Positions 38,901-50,900 of a DNA stretch of 64,000 bases are shown one piece after another. Under the pieces are notes generated by a model. That model was not told where the DNA came from. It was given only the letters and a program-made list of their open reading frames with translations, and did not search any database. The first letter of the stretch is position 1. Every line of letters begins with the position of its first letter. The DNA comes from Veleropilina oligotropha (lineage: Eukaryota), in NCBI GenBank assembly GCA_048128005.1, contig JBEUKZ010000060.1:496001-560000 (forward strand), read 5' to 3'. Made by a program: the position numbers and the translations under genes.

Positions 38901-41900
38901 AGAATAAACGAAGAGAGGTCTAAGCCGAGGAGTTTTCGTATATCGTCGCTTATCGCGAGTCGAGTCCCCTCTGGGACCACGATTCGGGCGAGCCCTGTAG
39001 CATGGCTTACATCTAGTTGTAGGTTAACTAGCGACCTCTTCATCGTCTTGGCGAGGTCATCGAAGCTGTAGAAACCTGGTGCCACGTCGACCGTGGTATC
39101 GGGGGTCTTAAAGAAGGCTCCGGCATGCACGTTGTGCCAGCCTACCCAATAGTCGAGCGACTGCAAGCTGACACATAGCTTGCCGTCCCGGTTATCAATC
39201 GGCTCCAGGAGGGCAACCGCGGTCCCCTCTTGAACGTTTGTTAATGTGTGGAACATAGTAGCTATGGCTAAGAGCGCATTTGTGTTTAATAGGAGTGCGG
39301 CCTATCCGACCGGTGTGGTGTACCCAGCAAAGATCAAAGATGAGCAGCTTACGAGACCAAGCATCAATGTGGGTAATAGCTCAACCACTGCATTCGGGGC
39401 AGACTACCCCGACGTATTTCAAAAGTATCGCCTCCCTCACGTCGCTAGTGACGGGCTGATAAGGGCTTGGCACAGCACACCGATGCGGTTCTGGCAGAAC
39501 AAGGTCAACTTCGCAGTATGGTGTGCCACAACAGGTTCCGGGATCTCCTCAGAAGACCACTTGAATGCTACTGCAGCCCCCCTCTCCACTGCTGTATTCA
39601 CCTTCCACGTCTACTATCAGGTCAGAAGGATCTTGACCGAGATTCAGGCGCCGCTGCCACAAGACCGGACGTGGGATGCATTCGACACCCCGTATGACCG
39701 AAGGGCATATGAAAAGATCTGCAGCGAATTCGGAGTGTCCCCACATACCGACTGGCGTGTCAAGGGTCCCAACGGCGGACTAGGCACCGCTTACAGCTAC
39801 TGGACGAACAACGGCTACCACCCCATCGGACGTGAGTATGATCCAAGCCGAATGTCCTTCACCAAAGGTACGACCAACACGAATCTGCACGTGGACTACA
39901 TCGCGCAAGCGCCTGCGCTTAAAAACGGTTGGGCTACTTTTATTCTGGACAGGTCGGTGGGATTCACGAGGGCCGGCGTGGAAAGGCTCAATGATTCCAT
40001 CAGGACCTACGTCTGGGCTATTCTTGGAGCGCAGGCTCAAACGCGTGCAAGTATTCTGGGTAGTGGGACGGCATTTGACGCACAGAAACAGTTCCTGGCG
40101 AACGTGGAAGACGCCATCGCATCCCCCGTTGACCTCCCTGCTGCGATCCAACGGTACCAGGACGTTTTGCAGTATGCCAGGTCTAAAGTAGACTTCGTAT
40201 TCGGCGTCGGCCTTTACATGGCGCCAAGTGACATGCTCCTTCGGATCGGGCAGGTGGCTGGTTATAACAATGAGATCGTCGTTGCCACGGAAGCCCAGAC
40301 CCTAGGTCTTAATACTACGGTGAACGCGGCCAATCCTGTGCCGCACAACGCCACTGGGGAGACTGGAGAAACAGGATTGGTCATCCCACAAGACGCCGTC
40401 TTACCCGCAGATGCGGTCACTCCGAAGCATCGTGGCTCTCTGCCGGCTGTGGCCCCAGTGGCAGCTGTTTCAGCTGGGGCAACCAAACATGACGAGGATA
40501 AAACCGCACTTATCGTGGGCGGCATTGTCGTTGGCCTAGCGTTCATTTGGCTTACGTGACCCACTGTCTAGCGGCAATAAGAAGCAAGCCCCCAACTGAT
40601 ATGACCAGTGCCCATAGGTTTTCAGCGAGCCACGATGCTGTCTTGCCAATCAGGTTGATTAGCCAGGAGACCAGGCTTCCAAGTATTCCTGGGAGCGCGG
40701 CTGCGGCCTTCCCTGCTAGTTTGCCTAGAATCCTTCCCAGGTTCTGCAGCTGCTTTTTGACCCACTCCTTGACCCCGCCCTGACCACTGGGAGGTGGTGG
40801 TGTTGGTGGTATGCTCGGCGCTCCACCTGTCAGGGCTAGTACCAAAGTCGAGATGGCGAGCCCGATAGCGGTCAGTATTGTTGCGATCGTAACCCCTTGC
40901 TCGCGGAACAGGGTCCGGATACGCTCGGCCAGCGTTGTGTCGGTGTTCAGGATCCGACTTATCATCTCTCGGATCCGGCTGATTTGAGAGCGAAGGGCCT
41001 CCCGGCTTGATGATGCTGCCTCTAGGCGAGCTGCTCTTTCATCATTCAGGTCGCGCAGACGTTCCGCGATCCGTCGACGGATGAACTCATCCACACCGCC
41101 CACTTCATCTGCCTGATCGAGCTTCATCTTCTCCAGCTCTATGTGTTCGTCCAGCGCCGTTAGTTTGGCTAGATTGTTGGTTAGTTCGCCTCGGATGGTC
41201 TGCATCGCCTTGTCAAGTCCGCGAAGCTCGCGAAGATTTAATGGAGGGTCCCCCATTGTGCCTAAGATCTCTTCAACCTCGGTATCAGTGAATTTCGTCT
41301 CCATCGTGTGGATTGCTACCGAGGCATCAGTAGCAGTCTGCCCCAAGTCCCGCAGTTCTACGTTTTCGACATTAGCGGCCGCACCGCTCAACTCGTTGTC
41401 GGCTGTCTGAAGAGCTGCAACCGCTTTTGAGGATGGCTTTTGTCCCCCCCGCGTCCAGTGTACAAAACCCAACCCTTCACGGATTGCATCACCCCCACCA
41501 GGCCGGCCAGCTATTGTTGACAACGCCAAGGGGTTGCCGGTGCGAGAATTTATGAGATTGATGTCGGGGTAGTCCGTCATCACCAATTTCCCCCCCCTCC
41601 CTAATTTTCCCCTCACATACTTGAATTTTGAATAATCTCGCCCCGTGGCTGGGGTCTGCCCCTCCTGTGCCAGGGCTTTGTAGTAGTCGTCAACCACGCC
41701 CTGAACGAGCTCTTGCTGAAGACTGCTGGTTCCTTCCTGTGGCCGTTCCGAAAGAACAGGCATAAACCGGTCGGTGGATAGATCCACATCAGTATCGTCG
41801 ATGATGGTATCATCGTTGTCGATGAGATCGTCCGGCTCGAATGCGGGGTTCTCGAATTCCGCCATTTGAATACATCAGTGGGATACGCATCTAATTCAGC

Positions 41901-44900
41901 CATGACTAGCGTATACGGACGCAAGCTTAATCCATACCGCAGGCTGCGTGAGCCCCTCGCAGTCAAGGGCATCCGCCAGTCGGTCACGATTACAAACAAT
42001 CCATCAACGATTGCCCCGAACCAGCAGCTCCTGGTTCGGTTCCCTAATCTCGGGGCGAATGACGTGATCGTTCCAGGGACTGCCCACCTTGCATTTACCA
42101 TCTCACTGACCTCGGTAAATGCGAATAGGACTGTAGTGCAAAATATCGGCCGTGCCGTGATCAGAAAGACCACGATAAAGATAAGTGGAAACGAGATCAT
42201 GTCGATTGACGACTCCGACGTGTACCACTGCTACTGCGATCTCTGGAAGACCACCGGGGAGCGCAAGAACGCCCAGTACCAGGGGATTGATACCAGCGAT
42301 GGGCACAACACTACGAAGCATCGTGTTGGTGCGGCAGACGCCTTTAGACTGTCTGAGGATGTCGCGGTCGCGGCCGCGTACGGTAACCGATTCCGCATCC
42401 CGCTGGATTTCGAGCTGTTGGAAAGTCACATGCCATTCTATCAAAGCGCCCTTGGAGACCGTCTCGAGTATGAGCTAACGTTCAACGACTACTCCCGGAC
42501 TATCCGGGAGACGGACGACTCCGGTTCCAGCTATTCCATCGACAATATATCCCTCGAATATGACATGGTAACCCAATCCGAGCTTGCCAGACGGATTCGA
42601 AATCAATACCAGGGTCAACTCGTAATCCTGTACGACCGTGTTCTCCGGCATCGGAAGCTCACCCTAGACAAGAGCGACTCGTTGTGGAATATGAATGTGA
42701 ACGTACCGGCGAGGTCGATGAAAGGAATACTACTGTTGTTCGAGGACCCTGCGAGAGACGCCGCGCCATTCTCTCGCGATACTGAGGCCTTCTATAATCC
42801 GAAGATCACAAAGGTCGAGGTCACAATCGAGGGTGTCCCGAATCAAATCTACAGCCAGGGCATGCGAACATACCAGATCTGGGAAGAAGCCAAGAAAATG
42901 TTCGCCTCCAGCTGCAGCAAGCGGCATCCTGAGGTCGCGATGGTCGCAAAGGACTTGGAGATGGCAGACGTCACCCTGGGCGAATTTCTGACTAAGAAAT
43001 TTGCGCTCTGGATCGATATGCGGGTAACTGACGACGATCAGTTGCACGGGTCAGGCCGGAGGGTCGAGAACGCCAGCGAAGGCATTACTATTCAGATCAC
43101 TAAAACAGCCGAAGCGGCCGGTCCACTGAACGTCTACGAGTTCGTGATCATGGACGCACAGCTGAATATCGAGAATGGCCGATTCGTCGAAGCACTGTAC
43201 TAAACGATTTCCGCACACCAAGGACCCCCACTCCGCAATCATCTGCGGCCAGACGGGCTGTGGGAAGACGGTTTTCATGCTTGAACTGCTGGAAGGGGAG
43301 TATCGAGGCGTCTTCCGGCATATCGTGGTCCTCTGCCCCACGATCAAGTACAACAAAGCATACCAGTCTTGTCCGTGGATCTGGACCGACCCTGAGGTGT
43401 ATTTAGTCCCCCCGGGTGAGCGACTCCATGACTGGCTGCGGGGGTTCTACCGACTGTTTCAGGGGGAATCAACTTTATATATCATCGACGACTGCGCCGC
43501 CAGCAAAGCTATGGCAAAGAGGAGGGACATGCTGACTTTGTTGGCCTTCAGCGGCAGGCATGCTTCCCAGAGCGTATGGGTAGTGACGCAAAAGTACAAC
43601 TCGGTCTTGAAGGAGCTCAGAGAGCAGACCCGCTGGGTCGCGCTGTTCCATTGCAAGGACCGCGACAGTTTCGAGGACTGTCTGCGCGAGAACGATGTAA
43701 TCCCGTCGCAGGATGAACGGACCGAGGTTCGCCGGCTGTTGGCCGAGACACGACACGCTAAGCTTCTGTTGAAAACTGATCAGCCCGTTGCTTATAGTGT
43801 GCTATAGCTACCCAGCAGATGCTAAGTAGCTGCCCAGCAAGCTCTCGCATGTCGGACGCTGTATATCTAGCTTTTGCTTTCAGCCAGAGCCTGATCTTGC
43901 TCCTACTCGCTACATTGTGGTATTGGATTTACAGTTATATTAGACCGGTGAGGCGATGCTGGAAACGCTTCAGGATGGACAGCCTCATCGATCAACTCAT
44001 GGATGACGAACAAGAAACGACCATCAACAGCTGTCGCTAGACTCCCGATGGCAAGGAACCTGTCAGTAACAGTGGAGTCGCAAGTTCCGTTTGCGCGGCA
44101 AAGCGTGAGAGGCTTGCAGCCTTAGCCGTTGGAGGACAGGCCCACCGATACATGGGGCGTAACCTCACAGTGGACCGGATAGACGACATGACTGACGACG
44201 AGGTCGAAAAGCACCACGCGAGGTATGAAGCGAAACTCGGTGCCGATGTGACGAAGACTCTGGGGACTTCAGCTATTCATCTCTACGCGGGGGCAGCTGG
44301 GATGTTCCTGCCCATTCCACCAGCAAACCAGCTACGACTGATCGCCGACCTGGAGGCCGACCCGTTCATCTCACATGCCCTGACCACTGCAAGCTGTGAG
44401 CTGTATTATAAATATGGCATGTACCTCGCACCGCTGACCGCAGCGTTGACCACGGCTAAGCACTGCCAATTTGGACATGTTTGCCCGCCTAAGATACCAG
44501 ATCAAGATGACGACGCCGGAAGTGGACCAAGTGATCGAGAGACAGCCGATCGAGAGCCAGCCGATAGAGAGGGTGACTTCTTCGACGGACTCATCAGTGA
44601 GTAAAAAGGACCCGAAAAAAGTGGCTGCAGGGAGGGCCGGCGCTGCTGCTCGAAAAGCCAAGCAGGAGAAGCTACTGGCCGCGGTTCGAAAAATGAAAGA
44701 AGACCTGAGTGCCCCAACAAGTGTTGTCGTTCCATCAGAACAGCCCGGGGAGGCGGTTCCAGCCGCAGAAAGACCGCGTGCGCCAGATACACGGAAATCG
44801 GACCTATTTAATTGGACCCAGGTAGCCGTCGCTGCCGGTACGGTTGCGTTGGTATTTGTTGTCTGGAAGACGTCCTCAGAACGCAGCAACCCTGGTCCAT

Positions 44901-47900
44901 CCACACCACATCAACAGCCACCAGACGCGGACGCTCGGTGCTCTCGGGCCGCCCCCACTATCGAATTGAAGAAGCAGAACCCTTTTCATATGCAATAGTC
45001 GCAAACGGTACTAATCAACAGTTATGACTACCCCAATCACTGATGGAAAGATGCTCGGCAACGCTGTATACCACGCCGCTATAGTGTCAGGCCTCGCCAT
45101 AGGCTACGCACGCCTGACAAAGATGGTATTCAAGGGAGCGAGCCCCAAACTGGACTTCACGGGCTACGATGTCGGGATGGTCGTCCTCGACGTAGCGCTC
45201 GCCATGGCGACGAAAGACATGCTGATCAAGCAAGGCATCATTCCGGCCGATATATTGAAGTAGTGGGACCTTGCTAGATAATCGCAGCATTTCAATGGCT
45301 TCCATTGCGATGCTGGTTGGGGGCGCTCTCGTCAACGCCCTCGCCTTCAGCGGCTCCAACTTCCTCTTCTCGAAGCTACGCAGCTCCGGTGTCGATGCGG
45401 AGCGTAAACGCCACGACATTGCTGTAGAACAGCTCAACGCTGCTCAGACTAAATGGTCACAACAGAGGGCAGAGCGTCTCGACTGGCTGAACGTTGAACT
45501 TCGCCGCCAGGGTCATGCCGTTGGCACATTCCGGGATGTTGACGCCGCGATCCGTGAGTATGCATTGATCACCGGCAAGAACCTTGACCCCGGCCTGGGG
45601 GGTGGCCCTGAGCCCCAGCTGTCTGACTACTACACACCGAGCGATGGCCAGAAGGGACGTGAGATCACCTTCATCATCCTGGGGATGGCTGCGACCGGGT
45701 TGGTCGCCTACAAGCTCGCCTAATTATTTCCAGTGGACATTTTTTTCGTGTGCCAGGTATAATAATGGGGCTCCCAGAAGAGCTGTACTGCGCTATGCTT
45801 GCGGTCGGCTATAGTACTACGTTACTCGACTGCTCGCTGCGGCGACGAAAAGACTATGGTGCGGTTCGCGGTCCTGGTGCTCTCGGGCCCGACCAACCTT
45901 TGGGAGACGACTGCGCAGCGACCGGCTCCGGAAGCTGAAGCCTGTTGGAGACTGATCAGTTTACTGGAATACATTGCTGATGGATAGTAAGCTTGCGAGG
46001 ATATACTACAGCCCTAAGGGCTACTGGAAAGGCATTGCCGCGATAAAGAAACTAGCTGACGCTGCCAAGGCGTCTGAAGTGGAGGCCCGGACATGGCTTA
46101 AGAGGCAGGCTATATGGCAGATCTATTTGCCTGCGCCACGGCGGATTCCAAGACCAAAATTCGACGTAACGCCGAACGAGGTTCACCAAGCCGACCTCCT
46201 GTTTCTCCCCCATGACAAGGTCAGACACAAGACCTATAAGTACGCTTTGACTGTGGTTGATGTGGCCAGTCGCTTTAAAGAGGCTGAGCCTCTGGTCACA
46301 AAAGAGGCCAAAGGGGTTGCTGAAGCACTAGCCCGAATCTACAGGCGGAGTCCTCTTGGCTGGCCGAAACTGCTTCAAGTCGATCCAGGGCGAGAGTTTA
46401 TGGGCGCGGTCTCCCAGCTGCTGGCAAAGAATAATGTCGAGGTTAGGCGTGGCCGTGTGGATCTCCATCGCGATCAAGGGATCGTGGAGCGCTTCAACCG
46501 GACGCTCGCTGAGCGGCTCTTCGGGCACCAGTATGCAACAGAGATGAGTTTTACAGGGTCTGCGAAAGAGGGTCAAAGGTCAACTGAGTGGGTCGCCCGG
46601 TTAGCAGCTGTTGTTGCGGCGTTGAATGGGGAAGTGACCAGGCTGACCGGTAAAAAGCCCAAGGACGCCATCAAGGCACCTCGCGTTGCACAAAATCCTT
46701 CTTCCACTGTTCCAGGCCGACAGGGGAAGGAACAGAAACTCCCCTCTGATGTAGATGTTCGATACCTATACCAACCCGGTGAGTTGGAGGGTGGTCGCCG
46801 GCGAGCGACTGACCCGGTGTGGTCTCTAAAAGTGCACAGGCTTGGACGCTCTGTCACTAAACCTGACGAGCCTGTGCTCTACTACTTGCTTGATGGACCA
46901 CCGCGTGGGTTCGTTCGTGAGGAACTTCTCGTGGTGCCTCGTGACACCCAACTGCCGCCGGTTCTCAGGCATTAACAACTGCAAATCCTCTTTTTCGGTT
47001 ACATTCAAGGCACGTTAAGCGCACGTTGTCGCGGATGTGGCCCCTGCGGTTGTCCACACGGTCGACACTGAACTGCTGTGTGTCTTTGGGCTGGTAGGCC
47101 CAGAGCAGCTCTATGTTGCATGCTGCGCAGCGGTTGTTTTGGGCCTCTCTGAGCCGCAGGATGTCGTCGACCTTGAGGTTAAACCCCGGGAGTCCCGTTG
47201 CCTGGTCCTGGCGTTTGTACGCCACAAGCTTTTTCTGGATGGTCTTTCGGAGCTGTTGCTCGGTTTGGGGCGCTTGGGGGGGCCTGTCCTCAGAACCCTC
47301 ATCCGGTGGACAGGTTACCCGTTCGAGCTGACGCAGCAGCTCCACCCGGGACACGGCTAGGTAGGCGAGATTACTCCACTGAAGGTAGTCGTCGATGATC
47401 CAGACTTTCTGTGGGTCGTGAATGGTAAGACCCTGGCTCGAATGGATGGTGAGAGCATAGCCCAGGCGCCAATCCGGGGTCAGGATAGCCCGCTCAGCGG
47501 CCTCAATCGTGACCTCAACGACGTCGTTGAGAACTAGCTCCTCTCTTTCATCGGTGCCCGGAATGGTTACCATGATATTTTGCTTACGGGTGTCCCTGGG
47601 GTGATAAAGGATAGGAACCTGGGAGTCTGGGAAGTGCTCCTTGTGCCTCTGGAGCAACAGCTGTTGAGCCCGTTCGCGGACCTTCTGACGGCTGGTGAGG
47701 ATTAGGTCGCCTGGCCTCCAGGTGTTGACAAACCGATCCCATCCAAGGCAGCTGGGGAGACTCTTACGCATTTCCCCGCACTGGATTTTGTCGGGCTGGA
47801 GACGTATACGTCTTTTCAGGGCTTGGAGGGCAGGGTCGTCTTTCGCCCTGTAATCTACTTCGATCTCCTCATAGTAGTCCGCGGTCTGTCGCAGCCAATC

Positions 47901-50900
47901 GTGCGGCATCTCCCCCGTAATCGGTGGTGGCTGGCCCTGATCGCCACAGCAGATAACCTGAACTTCGTGGTGGCCCAGCCAGTCCAAGAACATCTCGAGG
48001 ATAGGCCGGGGAACAGTACAGACCTCGTCCCAGATAATGACGCGGGGGATGAACTTCTGACCCATGCGATCAGGTGTCCAGTCAGTCTGGCCGCTCCATC
48101 GGAAGAAACTGTGGTAGGTCTGGGCTTTGACGCCTCTGGTTCGCATCTCTTTAGCGAGGCGGTGGGTTGGCGTGAATACAATGGGATTCCTTGCCCGGAA
48201 GAGCTCCATAGCTCTCGTAGTCTTGCCACAGCCCCCTCCACCATTGAGGTAACTCAGGCGATGGTGGGTCAGCGTGTCATTGTAGCAAGGCGCGGTGCTT
48301 GGCTGGCTGGAATTGGCGGCACAACAATACTCTGGCTTGGGCAGGTATGCGGCATGTTCCTGTGGCAGGTACAGCTGTTCGCCCTTGTCACGCCACTGGG
48401 CCGGTGCTACTGGCGGAAGGTACGTCTCCGCGATCAGACATGAGACGCACGATTTCTCGCCACAGCCGCAGAGTCTGGGGGCAACGTACACCGTGACATC
48501 GTCGAGCTTCTCCAACGAGGCCTTCTTGAGGTAGATGCTGTCAGTGGCTACCCGGACAGCTTCTGCTGCACTGAAACGCTGAAGCATTGATAGGAGGTTG
48601 ATGTGGGCATATGCCAGCATCGAGGCCCTCAGGTGGGCGTACTGAGGCTGGGAGCCATCATAGTACGTGAGGATGTGCCCCATAGGGCACCTTTGAGGTG
48701 CGCCGACCAGGGTATCGCTTTGGCGGGTGTCTCTTACGAGGAAGTCCAGCTCACCCTGGTCAATCACAAGCCTCCGTGTCAATCTTTTGCCATCAGCCTT
48801 GGCGCCTTGAGTGAATTTGCCGATAATGCTGCAGCCCTGGTCACGGTTCTCAGGAAGCCAGACCTCGAGTTGCTTTCTGAATGTGATGATAGCTTCTCGG
48901 ATCTTGAGGCTCTTTAGCAGTCCAGACTCTACGAGGTAGGCGAGCAGAGGCGTCGGGGCCCAACCATTCTCTGCAAAGTGCTTGCCGAACCATGCGGGTA
49001 TGACGGGGTGGATGTCTTCCGCGAACTCCCATTCCACGACCTCAGCAAACCCAGTACCGATTTCTTGGGGAAGAGGACCATTAATTGCGACCCGCGTCAT
49101 GCTGTGGGTTGGGTGTCCGAATCTTTCGAAATACGGCTTGGCCTCGCCCTGCCCCAGAAAGCTAGCAGGGTAGCAGGCTTTCATATCGATGCAGCAGACA
49201 TCGCCCGTATCATAGTTCATGGAATTCCACAGGCCACCATGACCGTGCTCCACGCAGGCCTTCTGGACGTCATCGAGCAGGCTCGCTGGGGTGGGTTTCC
49301 AGCCGTTCTTCTCTTTGGCCATAATGCTAGCTGCATGGTTCACGCCAAAGGCTCTCTCGGCAAGGGACTCATTCCCCAGCGCTGTACAGGCTTCCTGGAG
49401 TCTCTCGTGATCATCTTGTGTCCTGTACGTGCGACCGTCTTGCAGCACGAACTGGTCCACGCCGAGCTGTCGGTCTTTACCGCCAAGGAGCCAGACAGCT
49501 AATGGCTCATTCCGTGTGGCTTGTCGGATAGCTTCCCAGACATCGCCCTCGTAGATGTGGACCTCTCTACTTTGCGGGAAGTGCAGCTCCTTGGACCATG
49601 CATGGCCGTTGTGACATATGAGCTCTACTTTACCTCTCACCCCGCCTGTGGACCCACCAAACTGGTATTTCCCACTATTGTAGATGTCCTCGCCGGCGAT
49701 GTCTCTCAAGATAATCGCCCGTTTGAGGATCCTCTCAAGGCCAGCCACATCATCCACAGTGGCGCCTGTTACATGAACTCGCGCCTCCCACTCCTGTATT
49801 TTCTGCCGCCTTATCGGGGTGAGTCCGTTTCCTCGCAGGGCACCTTCGAAGTGCTCAACCACTCTCTGGGCAACGCAGTTGAGATCGCCGTCCTTCATTG
49901 GAACCAGGTTGGCGGGGTTTGGTTCTCTGAGAGGATAGACGCCGTAGACGACTGCAGTAACCGGGTAGGCATTCTCGTAGTAGGCTTTGTCGACCCCAGT
50001 GATAGCACCTGGCTTAGTGTCCTGAGAGATCTCAACGACACCCTGGCCCTTCTTCCTCGCAGCCTTCACCGGGTCAAACTTGTCTTCGACCACCCAGTCG
50101 CCTTCACCCCACTCCCGCAAGAACTTTATCCTCAGGAGAAACTCACCCTTGGGAAGGGCTGTGAGGAGCTGTGCCGCCCTTGCATCTGTCATACGGGCAT
50201 CCAGGGCCAGCCGTCCAGCCACTTCTATCCTCCATGTGGAGAAGGCCGCCGCGGCGCCATCGACCTCAAACTCGTCTTTGGCGTCGCTCAAGAGTTCCAC
50301 CCATGGCTCTTTTGCTGGGAGCCTTACAGGGGGAGGGACCTGGTCATCCAGGTCGATGAATCGTTGCCCCTCTGTTGTGGTAAACAGCCCTAGTAGATCA
50401 TTCTGGTAGTCCTGGGCTGTCCGGGGCTTTTTGGAGAGGGGGATTGGGTCAAATTCCTCAACAATGGCTTTCCGCTTTCTCTCCGTTTGGGGATCCTTGG
50501 ATGGGACCAGAGGCTTCAACAAGCGCTCCTTCACGTCTTCCGGGATTGGTTCGTCTAGAATATTCTGAACCACGTCCCGGAGAGTTTCAGATGCCTGCAT
50601 GTCTGCGAGCAGTTGGTCTATATAGTCATCCATAGTCGACATGTTGCCGGGCGGGTATACACTATGGACAGCGCCTCTCTAATAGGAAATTTGGGTGAGG
50701 TATATTGCAGCCATGCGGAGAAACTCTCTCTCGAAGGCCCTGCTCTTTCGTTGACAGTCCTTAACGTTCTCATTGTGATACCCACAGCCCTGACACAGCG
50801 TAAACCGGTTGAAAACGCCCTTCCCGCATTTGCTGCAGGGTTTTGTGCCCCGGCCATTTCGCCGTTGCCGAGCCAGGTGGACTTTGCAATACTCGCTCAG

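Noticed and set aside
45724..45987. Small ORFs upstream of the integrase
   Set aside because: Several short overlapping candidates with no motif to choose between them.
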